Source: Gammaproteobacteria bacterium
Lineage (GTDB): Bacteria > Pseudomonadota > Gammaproteobacteria > Steroidobacterales > Steroidobacteraceae
Reading direction: 5' to 3'
Assembly: GCA_003136935.1 (NCBI GenBank)
Contig: PLEC01000130.1
Coordinates: 41,050 to 99,387, forward strand
Length of the DNA stretch: 58,338 bases
Shown here: positions 1 to 8,391 of the stretch, in pieces
Numbering within the stretch: the first letter of the stretch is position 1
Layout of the letters: the number at the start of each line of letters is the position of its first letter
Program-made: the position numbers and the translations under genes
The notes under the pieces: model-generated
Seen by the model: the letters and a program-made list of their open reading frames with translations, nothing else
Database searches by the model: none
Told to the model about the DNA's origin: nothing

Positions 1-30
1 CTGAGCCGCTACATCCTCTGACCGCGTCGA

Positions 31-50
31 GGAGGGGCAATAGCCCCTCC
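31..50. terminator. GC-rich stem-loop downstream of the TonB-receptor gene stop. No U-run on either strand.
   Basis: GGAGGGGC-AATA-GCCCCTCC perfect 8-bp inverted repeat read directly. It lies 28 nt past the stop of the minus-strand CDS ending at 78. Confidence 0.3.
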
Positions 51-77
51 CCCGTCCAAAGCACGTTATGGCGACCT

Positions 78-2630
78 TCAGCGCCCGAATCTGTAACTCA
101 CGTCCAGACCGTAGGTGAGCGGCTGATTGACGATATAGCGAGTAAAGGCCGCACTCTGAAGATTGATCTGCGGCTGCGTGTCGAGCAGGGTCTCCTTGTT
201 GAACAGATTGTTCACAAACAGACTGGCGGTCCAATTGTCAGACTTGATTCCCACACGCAGATTCGCCAGGCCATACGAAGGCAGATGCACCAGCAGCTGG
301 TTCATGTTGTTGAGCGTGATGGTCTCCCCGTACGGAGCATTGGTGCGCCCGCCAATGTAGTTATAGGACAGCAAACTGATCAGCTCCAGCCCGGCTGACA
401 GCGGCTGCACATTGCGCAGCGTCAGGGAGCTGGTGACCTTCGGGAAATCGGGTATGGCCGTGCCCGACAGATAGCCGGTGATGGCGCTGTCAGCCAGGAA
501 CTTACTGTCCGCATAGCCGAGGTTCCCGGAGAACGAGAAACCCGCCGGCAGCTTGAGCCACGCTTCAACCTCCGATCCGATGATTCTGGCGTCCGCTCCG
601 TTGACGGTGTACCCGAAGCCGCCGATGTTGGTGGCAAGCTGTGGGCTGGTCCAACGTTCGTAGTACGCATCCACGTTGAGCGTGAGCTGGCGATCGAAGA
701 ACTCCCCCTTCTCGCCCACCTCGTAGTTCCATACCGAATCGGCGTTGAACGCCGGCACACCCTGCGCGTTGGCATTGGGGAACTGCACGTTGGGAGCGTA
801 GTAACCTCCGGGGTTGGTGGACGTCGCCGACAGCTTGGTCTGCAAGCCGCACTGCAGGAGGATTGCCAGAGTCGGGATCGTCAGACCCGCGCAGTTAGCC
901 GGCGTCACGTTGGTCAGATAGCCAGTGAATGGCTGATCGGTGCCGCCCAAACGAAAGCCTTTGGCCGCCGTGCCATACAGGAGCAGATTCGAATTAACCT
1001 GCCACGACAGATCGAACTTCGGGTTGACGCCGTTCGCGCTGTCGGAGGCCGACGTGTTAAACGGAGCGGTGTTGCCCGCCAGTGTCGAAGGGCTCGCGAA
1101 AAGATTATTGAAGCCGAACGGCGTGAAATCACCGTATTCCATGTTGGTCTGGTCGTACTTGTACTTGTAGCCGCGCAGTCCCAACGTCGCCTTCCAGCCT
1201 TCGGCGAACTCCATCGAGGCGTCGCCAAACAGAGCGTTCTGCGTGATGGTCTGGGGCATGTCGTCAACGTAGACGTTGCCGATGCCCGCCGACATAAGCT
1301 GCGGGTTGATAGACCACATTGACCACTCGGACTTGAGGCGCTGGTAGTAATAGCCCACCAGCCACTGGAAGGGTCCCTTGTCGGTGGAGGTCAGGCGCAA
1401 CTCTTCACTCAGCTGTGAGGTGCCATCGCGCTCCTGAACCCCCGGTCCGGTGGGTCCGGGGCCGGTCGGGCCGTAGGCGGAGTAGGGATCGGCCCTGCCG
1501 AGAGACCCGAGCCCCGAGGGCCCGGCGTTTTCCTCGGTACCGTCCTGCGAGACCACAGTGATGCGGTTCCAGTTCGCCGTGGCCGAAGTGACGAGGAAGT
1601 GTTCGGTCTGCCATTCAATTTTGAGGCTGCCCAGGGCGAACACGTCATCCTGCGGCTCGGGCGTGTCGTAGATCTCAAAGTGCCCCATTGCCGAAGGCAA
1701 GGACGGGTGGCTGGGGGTGCCGTCGACGTCCACGGCACTCGGTCCAGCCTGGTGCGTATGCTGCCACATGAATGCCGGGGTAATGGAAAGTCCGTCAGCG
1801 GCACGCCAGAGGAGTGAGGCGCGGAACGAGTCGAGCGTCGAGGCATTGGCCTGGCTCACGGTCTCCGCCAGCGGCGCGGTGTAAAAGTTGGCCGGCCGGG
1901 CGCCGGTCGCCCCGTCGGTCAGCACCGCACCATCGGCGAACACGTAGCGATTGAGCCAGCCGCTCTGCGAGTCCGACGAGCCCACAATGCGCAGCGCCGC
2001 ATCCGTTCCCAGCGGCAGGTTCAACATGCCGTTCTGCGTGAAGTTAGTGCCGCCGCCCGAGTTGGTTTCGGACACCACGGTTTGGCCGCTCATGGCGAAC
2101 TCACCCAGCTGCGGGGCATTCGGCACGACCTTCACCGTGCCCCCCATGGAGCTGGAACCGTACAACGTTCCCTGCGGGCCGCGCAGGATTTCCACGCGGT
2201 TCAGGTCGTAGAGGTTGGGATCGATGACGATCTTGCCCAGCTGGGCGGAGGCCGGCGACGACAGCGCAGTCTCGTCTAGGTAGAAACCCACCACGGAAGT
2301 GTTGCCACCCGCGGAGCTCAGGCCCCTCATCTCAAATTCCGTCTGGCCGGGACCGGCGGTGCGCATGGCGATGCCGGGCACGGTTTGCGCGAGACTGTTG
2401 AAATCGGTCAATCCCTTGTTGGCGATATCGCTCGCCGAGATCGCCGTGACGCTGATTGGGGTGTTCTGCACAGTCGACTCGCGCTTAGTGGCGGTGATCA
2501 CCACTTCTTGAAGCTCATCCCCGGAATCGCCGCTCGCCTGGGCCTGCGTGTGTGCGCTGTCGGCGAGGGCCAGTCCCATTGCGATCGCGACCGCCTGTGC
2601 GATGCGGCTGCCAGTTGTGGTCGAAACCAT
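78..2630 (-). CDS. TonB-dependent outer-membrane receptor
   Basis: 850 aa. N-terminal signal peptide (…AMGLALADSAHTQAQA). Plug-domain TonB-box region (ELQEVVITATKRESTVQNTPISVTAIS). Long Gly/Tyr/Asn-rich beta-barrel ending in an aromatic-rich C-terminal strand (LTYGLDVSYRF). GGGGAG Shine-Dalgarno upstream of the ATG. Confidence 0.9.
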   Translation of the reverse strand: MVSTTTGSRIAQAVAIAMGLALADSAHTQAQASGDSGDELQEVVITATKRESTVQNTPISVTAISASDIANKGLTDFNSLAQTVPGIAMRTAGPGQTEFEMRGLSSAGGNTSVVGFYLDETALSSPASAQLGKIVIDPNLYDLNRVEILRGPQGTLYGSSSMGGTVKVVPNAPQLGEFAMSGQTVVSETNSGGGTNFTQNGMLNLPLGTDAALRIVGSSDSQSGWLNRYVFADGAVLTDGATGARPANFYTAPLAETVSQANASTLDSFRASLLWRAADGLSITPAFMWQHTHQAGPSAVDVDGTPSHPSLPSAMGHFEIYDTPEPQDDVFALGSLKIEWQTEHFLVTSATANWNRITVVSQDGTEENAGPSGLGSLGRADPYSAYGPTGPGPTGPGVQERDGTSQLSEELRLTSTDKGPFQWLVGYYYQRLKSEWSMWSINPQLMSAGIGNVYVDDMPQTITQNALFGDASMEFAEGWKATLGLRGYKYKYDQTNMEYGDFTPFGFNNLFASPSTLAGNTAPFNTSASDSANGVNPKFDLSWQVNSNLLLYGTAAKGFRLGGTDQPFTGYLTNVTPANCAGLTIPTLAILLQCGLQTKLSATSTNPGGYYAPNVQFPNANAQGVPAFNADSVWNYEVGEKGEFFDRQLTLNVDAYYERWTSPQLATNIGGFGYTVNGADARIIGSEVEAWLKLPAGFSFSGNLGYADSKFLADSAITGYLSGTAIPDFPKVTSSLTLRNVQPLSAGLELISLLSYNYIGGRTNAPYGETITLNNMNQLLVHLPSYGLANLRVGIKSDNWTASLFVNNLFNKETLLDTQPQINLQSAAFTRYIVNQPLTYGLDVSYRFGR

Positions 2631-2920
2631 GTGCTTGCTCCCCTTCCAGTGTTTGTCGGCGGAAAGACTACCGCTCCCGGGACGCCGACGTTATTACGTT
2701 ATTATATGCGCACATACGAGCTGCCGACGACCGTTGCGGATTTACCACGCCCGGCTTGAATCCTTGCGTCATCCCGCTAGCATCGAACTGACTCGCCTCG
2801 ACGCCTCCAGAGGCTCACCAACAATGAAATCCGAACATTCGGCTCGTGATCTGCGCGCGCGGGGTGCCACGGTGGTCATCAACGACACGGCTTGCTGCCG
2901 GATCGGCGCTGAAGCGGCTT

Positions 2921-3664
2921 TCAGATCCTGAACCGCTCCTTGAGCTCTCCTGCCATGCGCCGGCTGACTTCCAGCGGCGCCGCGCAGCCGCGCAGGTGCA
3001 CGAAGTACTGACCGTCGGCGTCGCGCTCGATGCGCTCGAGGTACTTCACGTTCACCAGGGCGTTCCTGTGGATGCGCGCGAATGCCGCGCTGAACTCCTG
3101 CTCGAGGAGCCGCAGCGAGTCCTCGATCAGATCCTCACCCTGCAGGTGACGCACGGTGGTGTATTTCTGGTCGGCGAGAAAGTACTGCACGTCCTCGATG
3201 GGGATGAGCTTTAAGCCCTCGCGGTGGCGGGCCGCGATGTGGGTGCGGCGCGCCTCGGCGCCGGCGGCGAGTTTCTGCAGCTGGGCGCGCGTCAGGCGCC
3301 CGGCGCGCACCAGCGAGGCCGCCAGTTGCTCCTTGCGGACCGGCTTCAGCAGGTAACCCACGGCGTGCGCTTCGAACGCCTGCACCGCGTACTGGTCGTA
3401 GGCGGTGGTGAAAATGACCGCCGGTGGCTCTTCCAGGACGTTCAGATGGCGCGCCGCCTCGAGTCCATCCATTCCGGGCATACGCACATCGAGCAGCACC
3501 ACGTCGGGGTTGAGAGCGCTCGTCGCCGTGAGCGCCTCGTGGCCGTTCGCCGCTTCACCAATCACCTCAATGTCGGCGATTTCGGCGAGCAGGCTGCGCA
3601 GCCGTTCGCGCGCCGGCGGTTCGTCGTCGACGATGAGCACTTTCAACGCCGCAGGTGCGCTCAT
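2921..3664 (-). CDS. algR: LytTR-family response regulator (AlgR-like)
   Basis: 247 aa. Receiver domain (KVLIVDDEPPARERL…DVVLLDVRMPGMDG) plus a C-terminal LytTR DNA-binding domain (…FARIHRNALVNVKYLERIE). Its start overlaps the stop of the upstream kinase gene by 4 nt. Confidence 0.8.
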   Translation of the reverse strand: MSAPAALKVLIVDDEPPARERLRSLLAEIADIEVIGEAANGHEALTATSALNPDVVLLDVRMPGMDGLEAARHLNVLEEPPAVIFTTAYDQYAVQAFEAHAVGYLLKPVRKEQLAASLVRAGRLTRAQLQKLAAGAEARRTHIAARHREGLKLIPIEDVQYFLADQKYTTVRHLQGEDLIEDSLRLLEQEFSAAFARIHRNALVNVKYLERIERDADGQYFVHLRGCAAPLEVSRRMAGELKERFRI

Positions 3665-4755
3665 GTCGCCAGCACCGCTCCGGGGGCGAGTGGCTCGGCC
3701 GCCTTCTCGAGCAGCGGGAAGCGCAGGGTCACGATGTACTCGGCATCGTATTGGCCTGACTTCATGAGCCCGCGCTCGCCGTACATGAGGCTCAGGCGCT
3801 CACGGATGTTGGCGAGTGCCAGGCGGTTGCCGTCGCGCATGCTCACCGCGTTGCCTAAGGGGTTGCGCACCACGATGGTGATCAACCCGCCGTTGACCTC
3901 GCCGCTGATGGTCACGGTGCCGCCTTGCGGGCGCGGCTCGACGCCATGGTAGATCGCATTCTCCAGCAGCGGCTGGATCATCAGGTGCGGCACCAGCGCC
4001 TGCGCCGGCAGTGAGTCGGTGTGCCACTCCACTTTCAGCCGCTCGCCGAGACGCAGCTGCTCCATGCGCTGATAGGTGCGCGCCACTTCGAGCTCTTCGG
4101 CGAGCGTGATGGTGTCGTGCTTGTCAGTCAACGTGGCGCGAAACAGGTCGGCGAGATCCTGCACCGCGCTCTCGGCACGCGCCGGGTTGCTGCGCGTGAG
4201 GGCCGCGATGGTATTCATGCTGTTGAAGAGAAAGTGCGGCCGGATGCGGGCCTGCAGCGCGTGCACGCGCGCGGCGGCGCGCAGCTCGACGCTGCGGCGC
4301 CACTGCTGCGCCACGTAGAAGTAGCGCAACGTAAGGCCGCTCACCACCAGCCCGATCCACACGTTGCGCGAGCCAAAACTGCGCGCGTCGGTGGGGAAGA
4401 GCCCAGCGGCGCCGGAGTCGACCACCAGGTGTGAGCGCCCCAACAGGCAGGCGCACACCGACACCGCCGCGACGACCGCGGCGACCAGGAACAACACCGC
4501 GGCCGAGCCGGCCGGTACCGTGAGGCGCAGCAGCCGGTCGCGCAGTGCGCACAAGAGCGCCGCCACCGTGAGCCCGGTCCACAGGAGCAACATCGAGGTG
4601 CGCGCCAGGTCGGTCCAGAAATCGAGCGCGCTCTGGCGGGCGAGCGTCAGCACGATCGCCGTGAGCTCCACGATCAGCACGATCGCCAGCGCGGTGCGTT
4701 GCGCGCAGAAATCAGGCAGGTAGAAGGCGTTGTCGCTGCCTGGATCGGTCTTCAT
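3661..4755 (-). CDS. algZ: LytS-type sensor histidine kinase (AlgZ/FimS-like)
   Basis: 364 aa. N-terminal FYLPDFC motif and multiple TM helices. His_kinase motif RIRPHFLFNSMNTIAAL. C-terminal HATPase region (LMIQPLLENAIYHG). Paired with a LytTR regulator. Confidence 0.75.
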   Translation of the reverse strand: MKTDPGSDNAFYLPDFCAQRTALAIVLIVELTAIVLTLARQSALDFWTDLARTSMLLLWTGLTVAALLCALRDRLLRLTVPAGSAAVLFLVAAVVAAVSVCACLLGRSHLVVDSGAAGLFPTDARSFGSRNVWIGLVVSGLTLRYFYVAQQWRRSVELRAAARVHALQARIRPHFLFNSMNTIAALTRSNPARAESAVQDLADLFRATLTDKHDTITLAEELEVARTYQRMEQLRLGERLKVEWHTDSLPAQALVPHLMIQPLLENAIYHGVEPRPQGGTVTISGEVNGGLITIVVRNPLGNAVSMRDGNRLALANIRERLSLMYGERGLMKSGQYDAEYIVTLRFPLLEKAAEPLAPGAVLAT

Positions 4756-5681
4756 GCGTCGCGGCGCGGGGTGCCCGGGGGCGCGCTCATGATGTTGGTG
4801 CGCTCAAAGAGCTCGGCTTTCAGGCGGAAGGTGGCCGACACATCCTCATCCCCGTAGCCGCGCGCGGTGAGCTCGGCGTACTCCGCCAGCATACGTTCCA
4901 CCACCGGCAGGGCGACGCCGAAGCGGGCCGCCATGTCGTGGCAGATCTTTAAGTCCTTGGCATGCAGCCGCACGCGAAACCCGGCCGGGAAAGCACCGCG
5001 CGCCATGTTGGGCGCGCGGTGCACGAAGTACCACGACGACCCTGCGCCCTTGCCCAGCGTGTCGATGAGCTTGTCGAGCGGCAGGCCCTGCGCGCGGGCG
5101 AAGGCCATGGCCTCGGATATCGCCTCGACGATGCCGGCGCACATGATCTGGTTAGTGGCCTTGGCGGCCTGGCCGCTGCCGACCGGGCCAAAGTGCGTGA
5201 TGGTGCGCCCGAGCGCGCTCAGGATCGGCATGGCGCGGGTGAACGCCGCGTCCGAGCCGCCCGCCATGATGGCGAGCGTGCCGTCGCGTGCCCCCTCGAC
5301 CCCGCCGCTGACCGGGCAATCAAGGAAGTCCACGCCCCGTGGCTCGAGAAGCTCCGCCGCCTGGCGCGCGGTCTCGGTGCTGACGGTGGAACAGTCGATC
5401 ATGAGTGAGCCGGACTTAAGCTCCGCGGCGACGCCGCGCGTCACCTCGAGAAGATCCTGGTCGGCGGAAACGCACGACACCACCGCATCGACGCTGGCGG
5501 CGAGTTGCGCGGGGCTTGCGCAGGCGGTGATTGCCAACTCCGCTGCGAGGGCCTGGGCCTTGGGTGCGCTGCGGTTCCAGACCGCGGTGAGCAGCCCCGC
5601 ACGATGCAGATTGCGCGCCATGTTCGATCCCATGGCGCCGAGCCCGACGAAACCTGCGCGCATTTTTTTCGTCCCGCTCAT
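4752..5681 (-). CDS. NAD(P)-dependent beta-hydroxyacid dehydrogenase (3-hydroxyisobutyrate/2-hydroxy-3-oxopropionate reductase family)
   Basis: Rossmann motif FVGLGAMGSNMARNL near the N-terminus. 6PGDH-type NAD-binding and C-terminal helical domain. The ORF track extends to 5858, but that extension is Arg/Pro-rich, so the start was chosen at MSGTKKMRAGF (5681). The stop overlaps the algZ start by 4 nt. Confidence 0.75.
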   Translation of the reverse strand: MSGTKKMRAGFVGLGAMGSNMARNLHRAGLLTAVWNRSAPKAQALAAELAITACASPAQLAASVDAVVSCVSADQDLLEVTRGVAAELKSGSLMIDCSTVSTETARQAAELLEPRGVDFLDCPVSGGVEGARDGTLAIMAGGSDAAFTRAMPILSALGRTITHFGPVGSGQAAKATNQIMCAGIVEAISEAMAFARAQGLPLDKLIDTLGKGAGSSWYFVHRAPNMARGAFPAGFRVRLHAKDLKICHDMAARFGVALPVVERMLAEYAELTARGYGDEDVSATFRLKAELFERTNIMSAPPGTPRRDA

Positions 5682-5802
5682 GCGGCCCTGGCGGCCGCGG
5701 GCGTCACTATAGAGGGTTGGCCTGGCACGCGGAATCTTCGCGGCGCACTGCGGTGGGTGGGTTCGAAGGGCAGGCGCCCAGGCGGCCTGCGGGCCGCCGC
5801 GG

Positions 5803-6327
5803 TTACTTGTCCAGGTCTTCGGACTGGGCAACCGGAACTGGCGGCGGGGCCGGGGCATCGAAATTCACTTCCGGCACGCTGCCGCAGGCGTCCTGCACGT
5901 CCTTGCGGGCCTGCGCGCGGTACGCGTCGGCGTCCGGATCCGCGAGGAACTCGCGAGTGCCGTCGGCGCTGGTCTTGTAAATATGCCGTGACTGCACCGC
6001 CGACAGGTAGCGGGCCGTCATGGCCTTGCATTGCTTATCGCGCGTCTTGGCCACGTCCTGCTGAGTGGCCTTGGCATTGGCCTCTTCGCTGAGCTGCGCG
6101 TCGACGCGCTGGTTCGAGGCGCTGAGACTCTTCTGATCGAAGCTGCGTGGCGCGTTCTCGGCCCCGGGCGGACGACCCTTTCCCGTCTTGATGACCTCGG
6201 ACCCAGGAACCCACTGGTCGCTGTAGTGCGGCTGGCCGTGTTCATCGACCCAGCGGTAGACGTCGGCCTGGGCGGTCGCTATCGCGCCGGCGACGATCAG
6301 GGCAGCAATGGATACGAATCGCAGCAT
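5803..6327 (-). CDS. DUF4124 domain-containing secreted protein
   Basis: Signal peptide MLRFVSIAALIVAGAIATAQA followed by the DUF4124 signature DVYRWVDEHGQPHYSD. GGGAGG Shine-Dalgarno lies 5 nt upstream of the ATG at 6327. Confidence 0.7.
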   Translation of the reverse strand: MLRFVSIAALIVAGAIATAQADVYRWVDEHGQPHYSDQWVPGSEVIKTGKGRPPGAENAPRSFDQKSLSASNQRVDAQLSEEANAKATQQDVAKTRDKQCKAMTARYLSAVQSRHIYKTSADGTREFLADPDADAYRAQARKDVQDACGSVPEVNFDAPAPPPVPVAQSEDLDK

Positions 6328-6465
6328 AGGAACCTCCCGCGCCCGCACATTATGACGGCCTGGGCGCCGGGTGGCCTTTGAACTCCGTCACACCCTTTGG
6401 GGCAAGCGCCGCCGCCGCCCGGGCTCGGGTCACGAATATAGGCCCAAAACGACAGGTGCCCAAAA

Positions 6466-7887
6466 CTACAGGTCGTACGCCCGTTCGCCGTGCGAGGTGA
6501 TATCGAGCCCTTCGCGTTCCTCCTCTTCCGGCACGCGCAGCCCCACCACCAGATCGACCACATAGAACGCGATGAACGCCACGACGGCGGTCCACGCGAA
6601 CACCAGGCACACCGCCTTTAACTGGATGAGGAATTGGGTCCACACGCCGGGGTAGCCCGTGGCGCCCGTGACCCAGTCCACGGTCGAACCGGGCCCACCC
6701 AGAAACGGCGCGTTGAATATACCGGTCATGAGCGCGCCGAAAATTCCGCCCACGGCGTGCACGCCGAAGACATCGAGCGAGTCGTCGGCCTTGATGAGCT
6801 TCTTGAGTCCCGTGACGCCCCACAGGCATGCGAGTCCGACGCCGATGCCGATCGCAAATGCGCCCGGGATGCCGACGTTGCCGGCCGCCGGGGTAATCGC
6901 GACCAGTCCCGCCACGGCTCCGGAGGCAGCGCCGAGCATGGACGGCTTGCCCTTGATGAGCCACTCCCCGCCCATCCACGACAGCACCGCGCAGGCGGTG
7001 GCGAGGTAGGTGTTCATGAACGCCATGGCCGCCGAGCCATTGGCCTCGAGCGCGGAGCCGGCGTTGAAACCGAACCAGCCGAACCACAGGAGTGACGCAC
7101 CGACCATGGTCATGGTGAGGCTGTGTGGCGCCATGGGCTCGCGGCCGAAACCGATGCGCTTGCCGAGCACGAATGCCCCCACCAGTCCCGCGACGCCGGC
7201 GTTGATGTGCACCACCGTGCCGCCGGCGAAATCCAGCGCGCCCCATTGCCAGATAAGGCCGCCGGTCGCATTGACCGCCGCGACCTTATCCGCCGCGGTG
7301 TAGGCGTCCGGTCCCGCCCAGTACCACACCATGTGTGCGATCGGGCAGTAGCTGAAAGTGAACCAGATGGCGAGAAACAACAGCAGCGCCGAGAACCTGA
7401 TGCGCTCCACCAGCGCCCCGAGGATCAGGCAGCAGGTGATGGCCGCGAAGGTCGCCTGGAACGCGACATACACCAGTTCGTAGAGCGGGGTGTGCTTGCT
7501 GAACGTGGACGCGAGCGAGTACGTGCCGGTCTTCGGATCGAAGGTGCCGTTGAGGAACAGGCGGCTCAAGCCGCCGATCACCGAGTTGCCTTCGGTGAAA
7601 GCGAGCGAGTAGCCGTAGATGCACCACAGCACGGTGATCAGCGAGAAGCCCACGAACACCTGCATGAGTACCGACAGCATGTTCTTGGTGCGCACCAGTC
7701 CACCGTAGAACAGCGCCAGCCCCGGGACCGACATCAGCAACACCAGCGCGGTCGCGGTCAGCATCCACGCCGTGTCACCCTTGTCTGGCAGCGGCGCGGC
7801 GGCCGCATGAGAAAGTGCGGGCGCGAGCACGGCGAGCGCCGCGCTCAGGCGGCTCAGGGTGCGGGCAGTCTTCGCAGCAGCGGGCAT
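6466..7887 (-). CDS. amtB: Ammonium transporter AmtB
   Basis: Amt family signatures (DFAGGTVVHINAGVAGLV, FGWFGFNAGSA, DDSLDVFGVHAVGGIFGA). About 11 TM helices. N-terminal signal-like segment. Start chosen at MPAAAKT (7887), because the longer ORF-track N-terminus has no Amt similarity. Confidence 0.9.
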   Translation of the reverse strand: MPAAAKTARTLSRLSAALAVLAPALSHAAAAPLPDKGDTAWMLTATALVLLMSVPGLALFYGGLVRTKNMLSVLMQVFVGFSLITVLWCIYGYSLAFTEGNSVIGGLSRLFLNGTFDPKTGTYSLASTFSKHTPLYELVYVAFQATFAAITCCLILGALVERIRFSALLLFLAIWFTFSYCPIAHMVWYWAGPDAYTAADKVAAVNATGGLIWQWGALDFAGGTVVHINAGVAGLVGAFVLGKRIGFGREPMAPHSLTMTMVGASLLWFGWFGFNAGSALEANGSAAMAFMNTYLATACAVLSWMGGEWLIKGKPSMLGAASGAVAGLVAITPAAGNVGIPGAFAIGIGVGLACLWGVTGLKKLIKADDSLDVFGVHAVGGIFGALMTGIFNAPFLGGPGSTVDWVTGATGYPGVWTQFLIQLKAVCLVFAWTAVVAFIAFYVVDLVVGLRVPEEEEREGLDITSHGERAYDL

Positions 7888-7972
7888 CGTGTGCCTTTCT
7901 GTGTCTTCGCGTTGCAAACGCCCACTGCACACGCGGTGGGCCGCGCGTAAGCTAGTAGCGCGCCAGACAGGG

Positions 7973-7988
7973 TGCAGATTCCGTGCCA
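7973..7988 (-). promoter_or_regulatory. Sigma-54 (-24/-12) promoter upstream of amtB
   Basis: The minus strand reads TGGCAC-GGAAT-CTGCA (GG-N10-GC spacing correct). It lies about 85-100 nt upstream of the amtB start. Confidence 0.6.
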
Positions 7989-8037
7989 CGCAAACCGGCC
8001 GTGAATCCAGCAACCACGCCCTGCGATGGCGCAGGGC

Positions 8038-8054
8038 TGCACCGTCATGGAGCA
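8038..8054. promoter_or_regulatory. Candidate NtrC upstream activator site for amtB
   Basis: TGCACCG-TCA-TGGAGCA compared with the remembered enterobacterial consensus TGCACCA-N3-TGGTGCA (2 mismatches). It lies about 50-65 bp upstream of the sigma-54 element. Confidence 0.45.
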
Positions 8055-8106
8055 TTGAGTGGGTGTGCTGCCTCAATTCGGGGCAAGACGGAAGGTGGGT
8101 AAGGCG

Positions 8107-8382
8107 ATGGATTCATTTCGTATCGATGAGATCGCGCGGCGCCTTTTCGAGAGCGTGCCGCCGGCGCTGCGCACCATGCAGAAGGACCTCGAGACGAACT
8201 TCCGTGCGGTGCTGCGCGAGCGCCTGAGCAAGCTCGACCTGGTGAGCCGGGACGAGTTCGACGCGCAGGCGAAGGTCCTGGAGCGCACCCGCTCGCGGCT
8301 CGAAGCACTCGAGGCACGGCTCGCAACGCTCGAAGGCAGCGCCGCCCCGTCCTCTGGCGGCAAGACGCCGGGCACGGGCTAG
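8107..8382 (+). CDS. ubiK: Ubiquinone biosynthesis accessory factor UbiK (YqiC/BMFP family)
   Basis: MDSFRIDEIARRLFESVP…LSKLDLVSRDEFDAQAKVLERTRSRLEALEARL closely parallels E. coli YqiC (…[26 protein letters not shown]…). Coiled-coil C-terminus. Confidence 0.8.
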   Translation: MDSFRIDEIARRLFESVPPALRTMQKDLETNFRAVLRERLSKLDLVSRDEFDAQAKVLERTRSRLEALEARLATLEGSAAPSSGGKTPGTG

Positions 8383-8391
8383 CGCCCGCTC

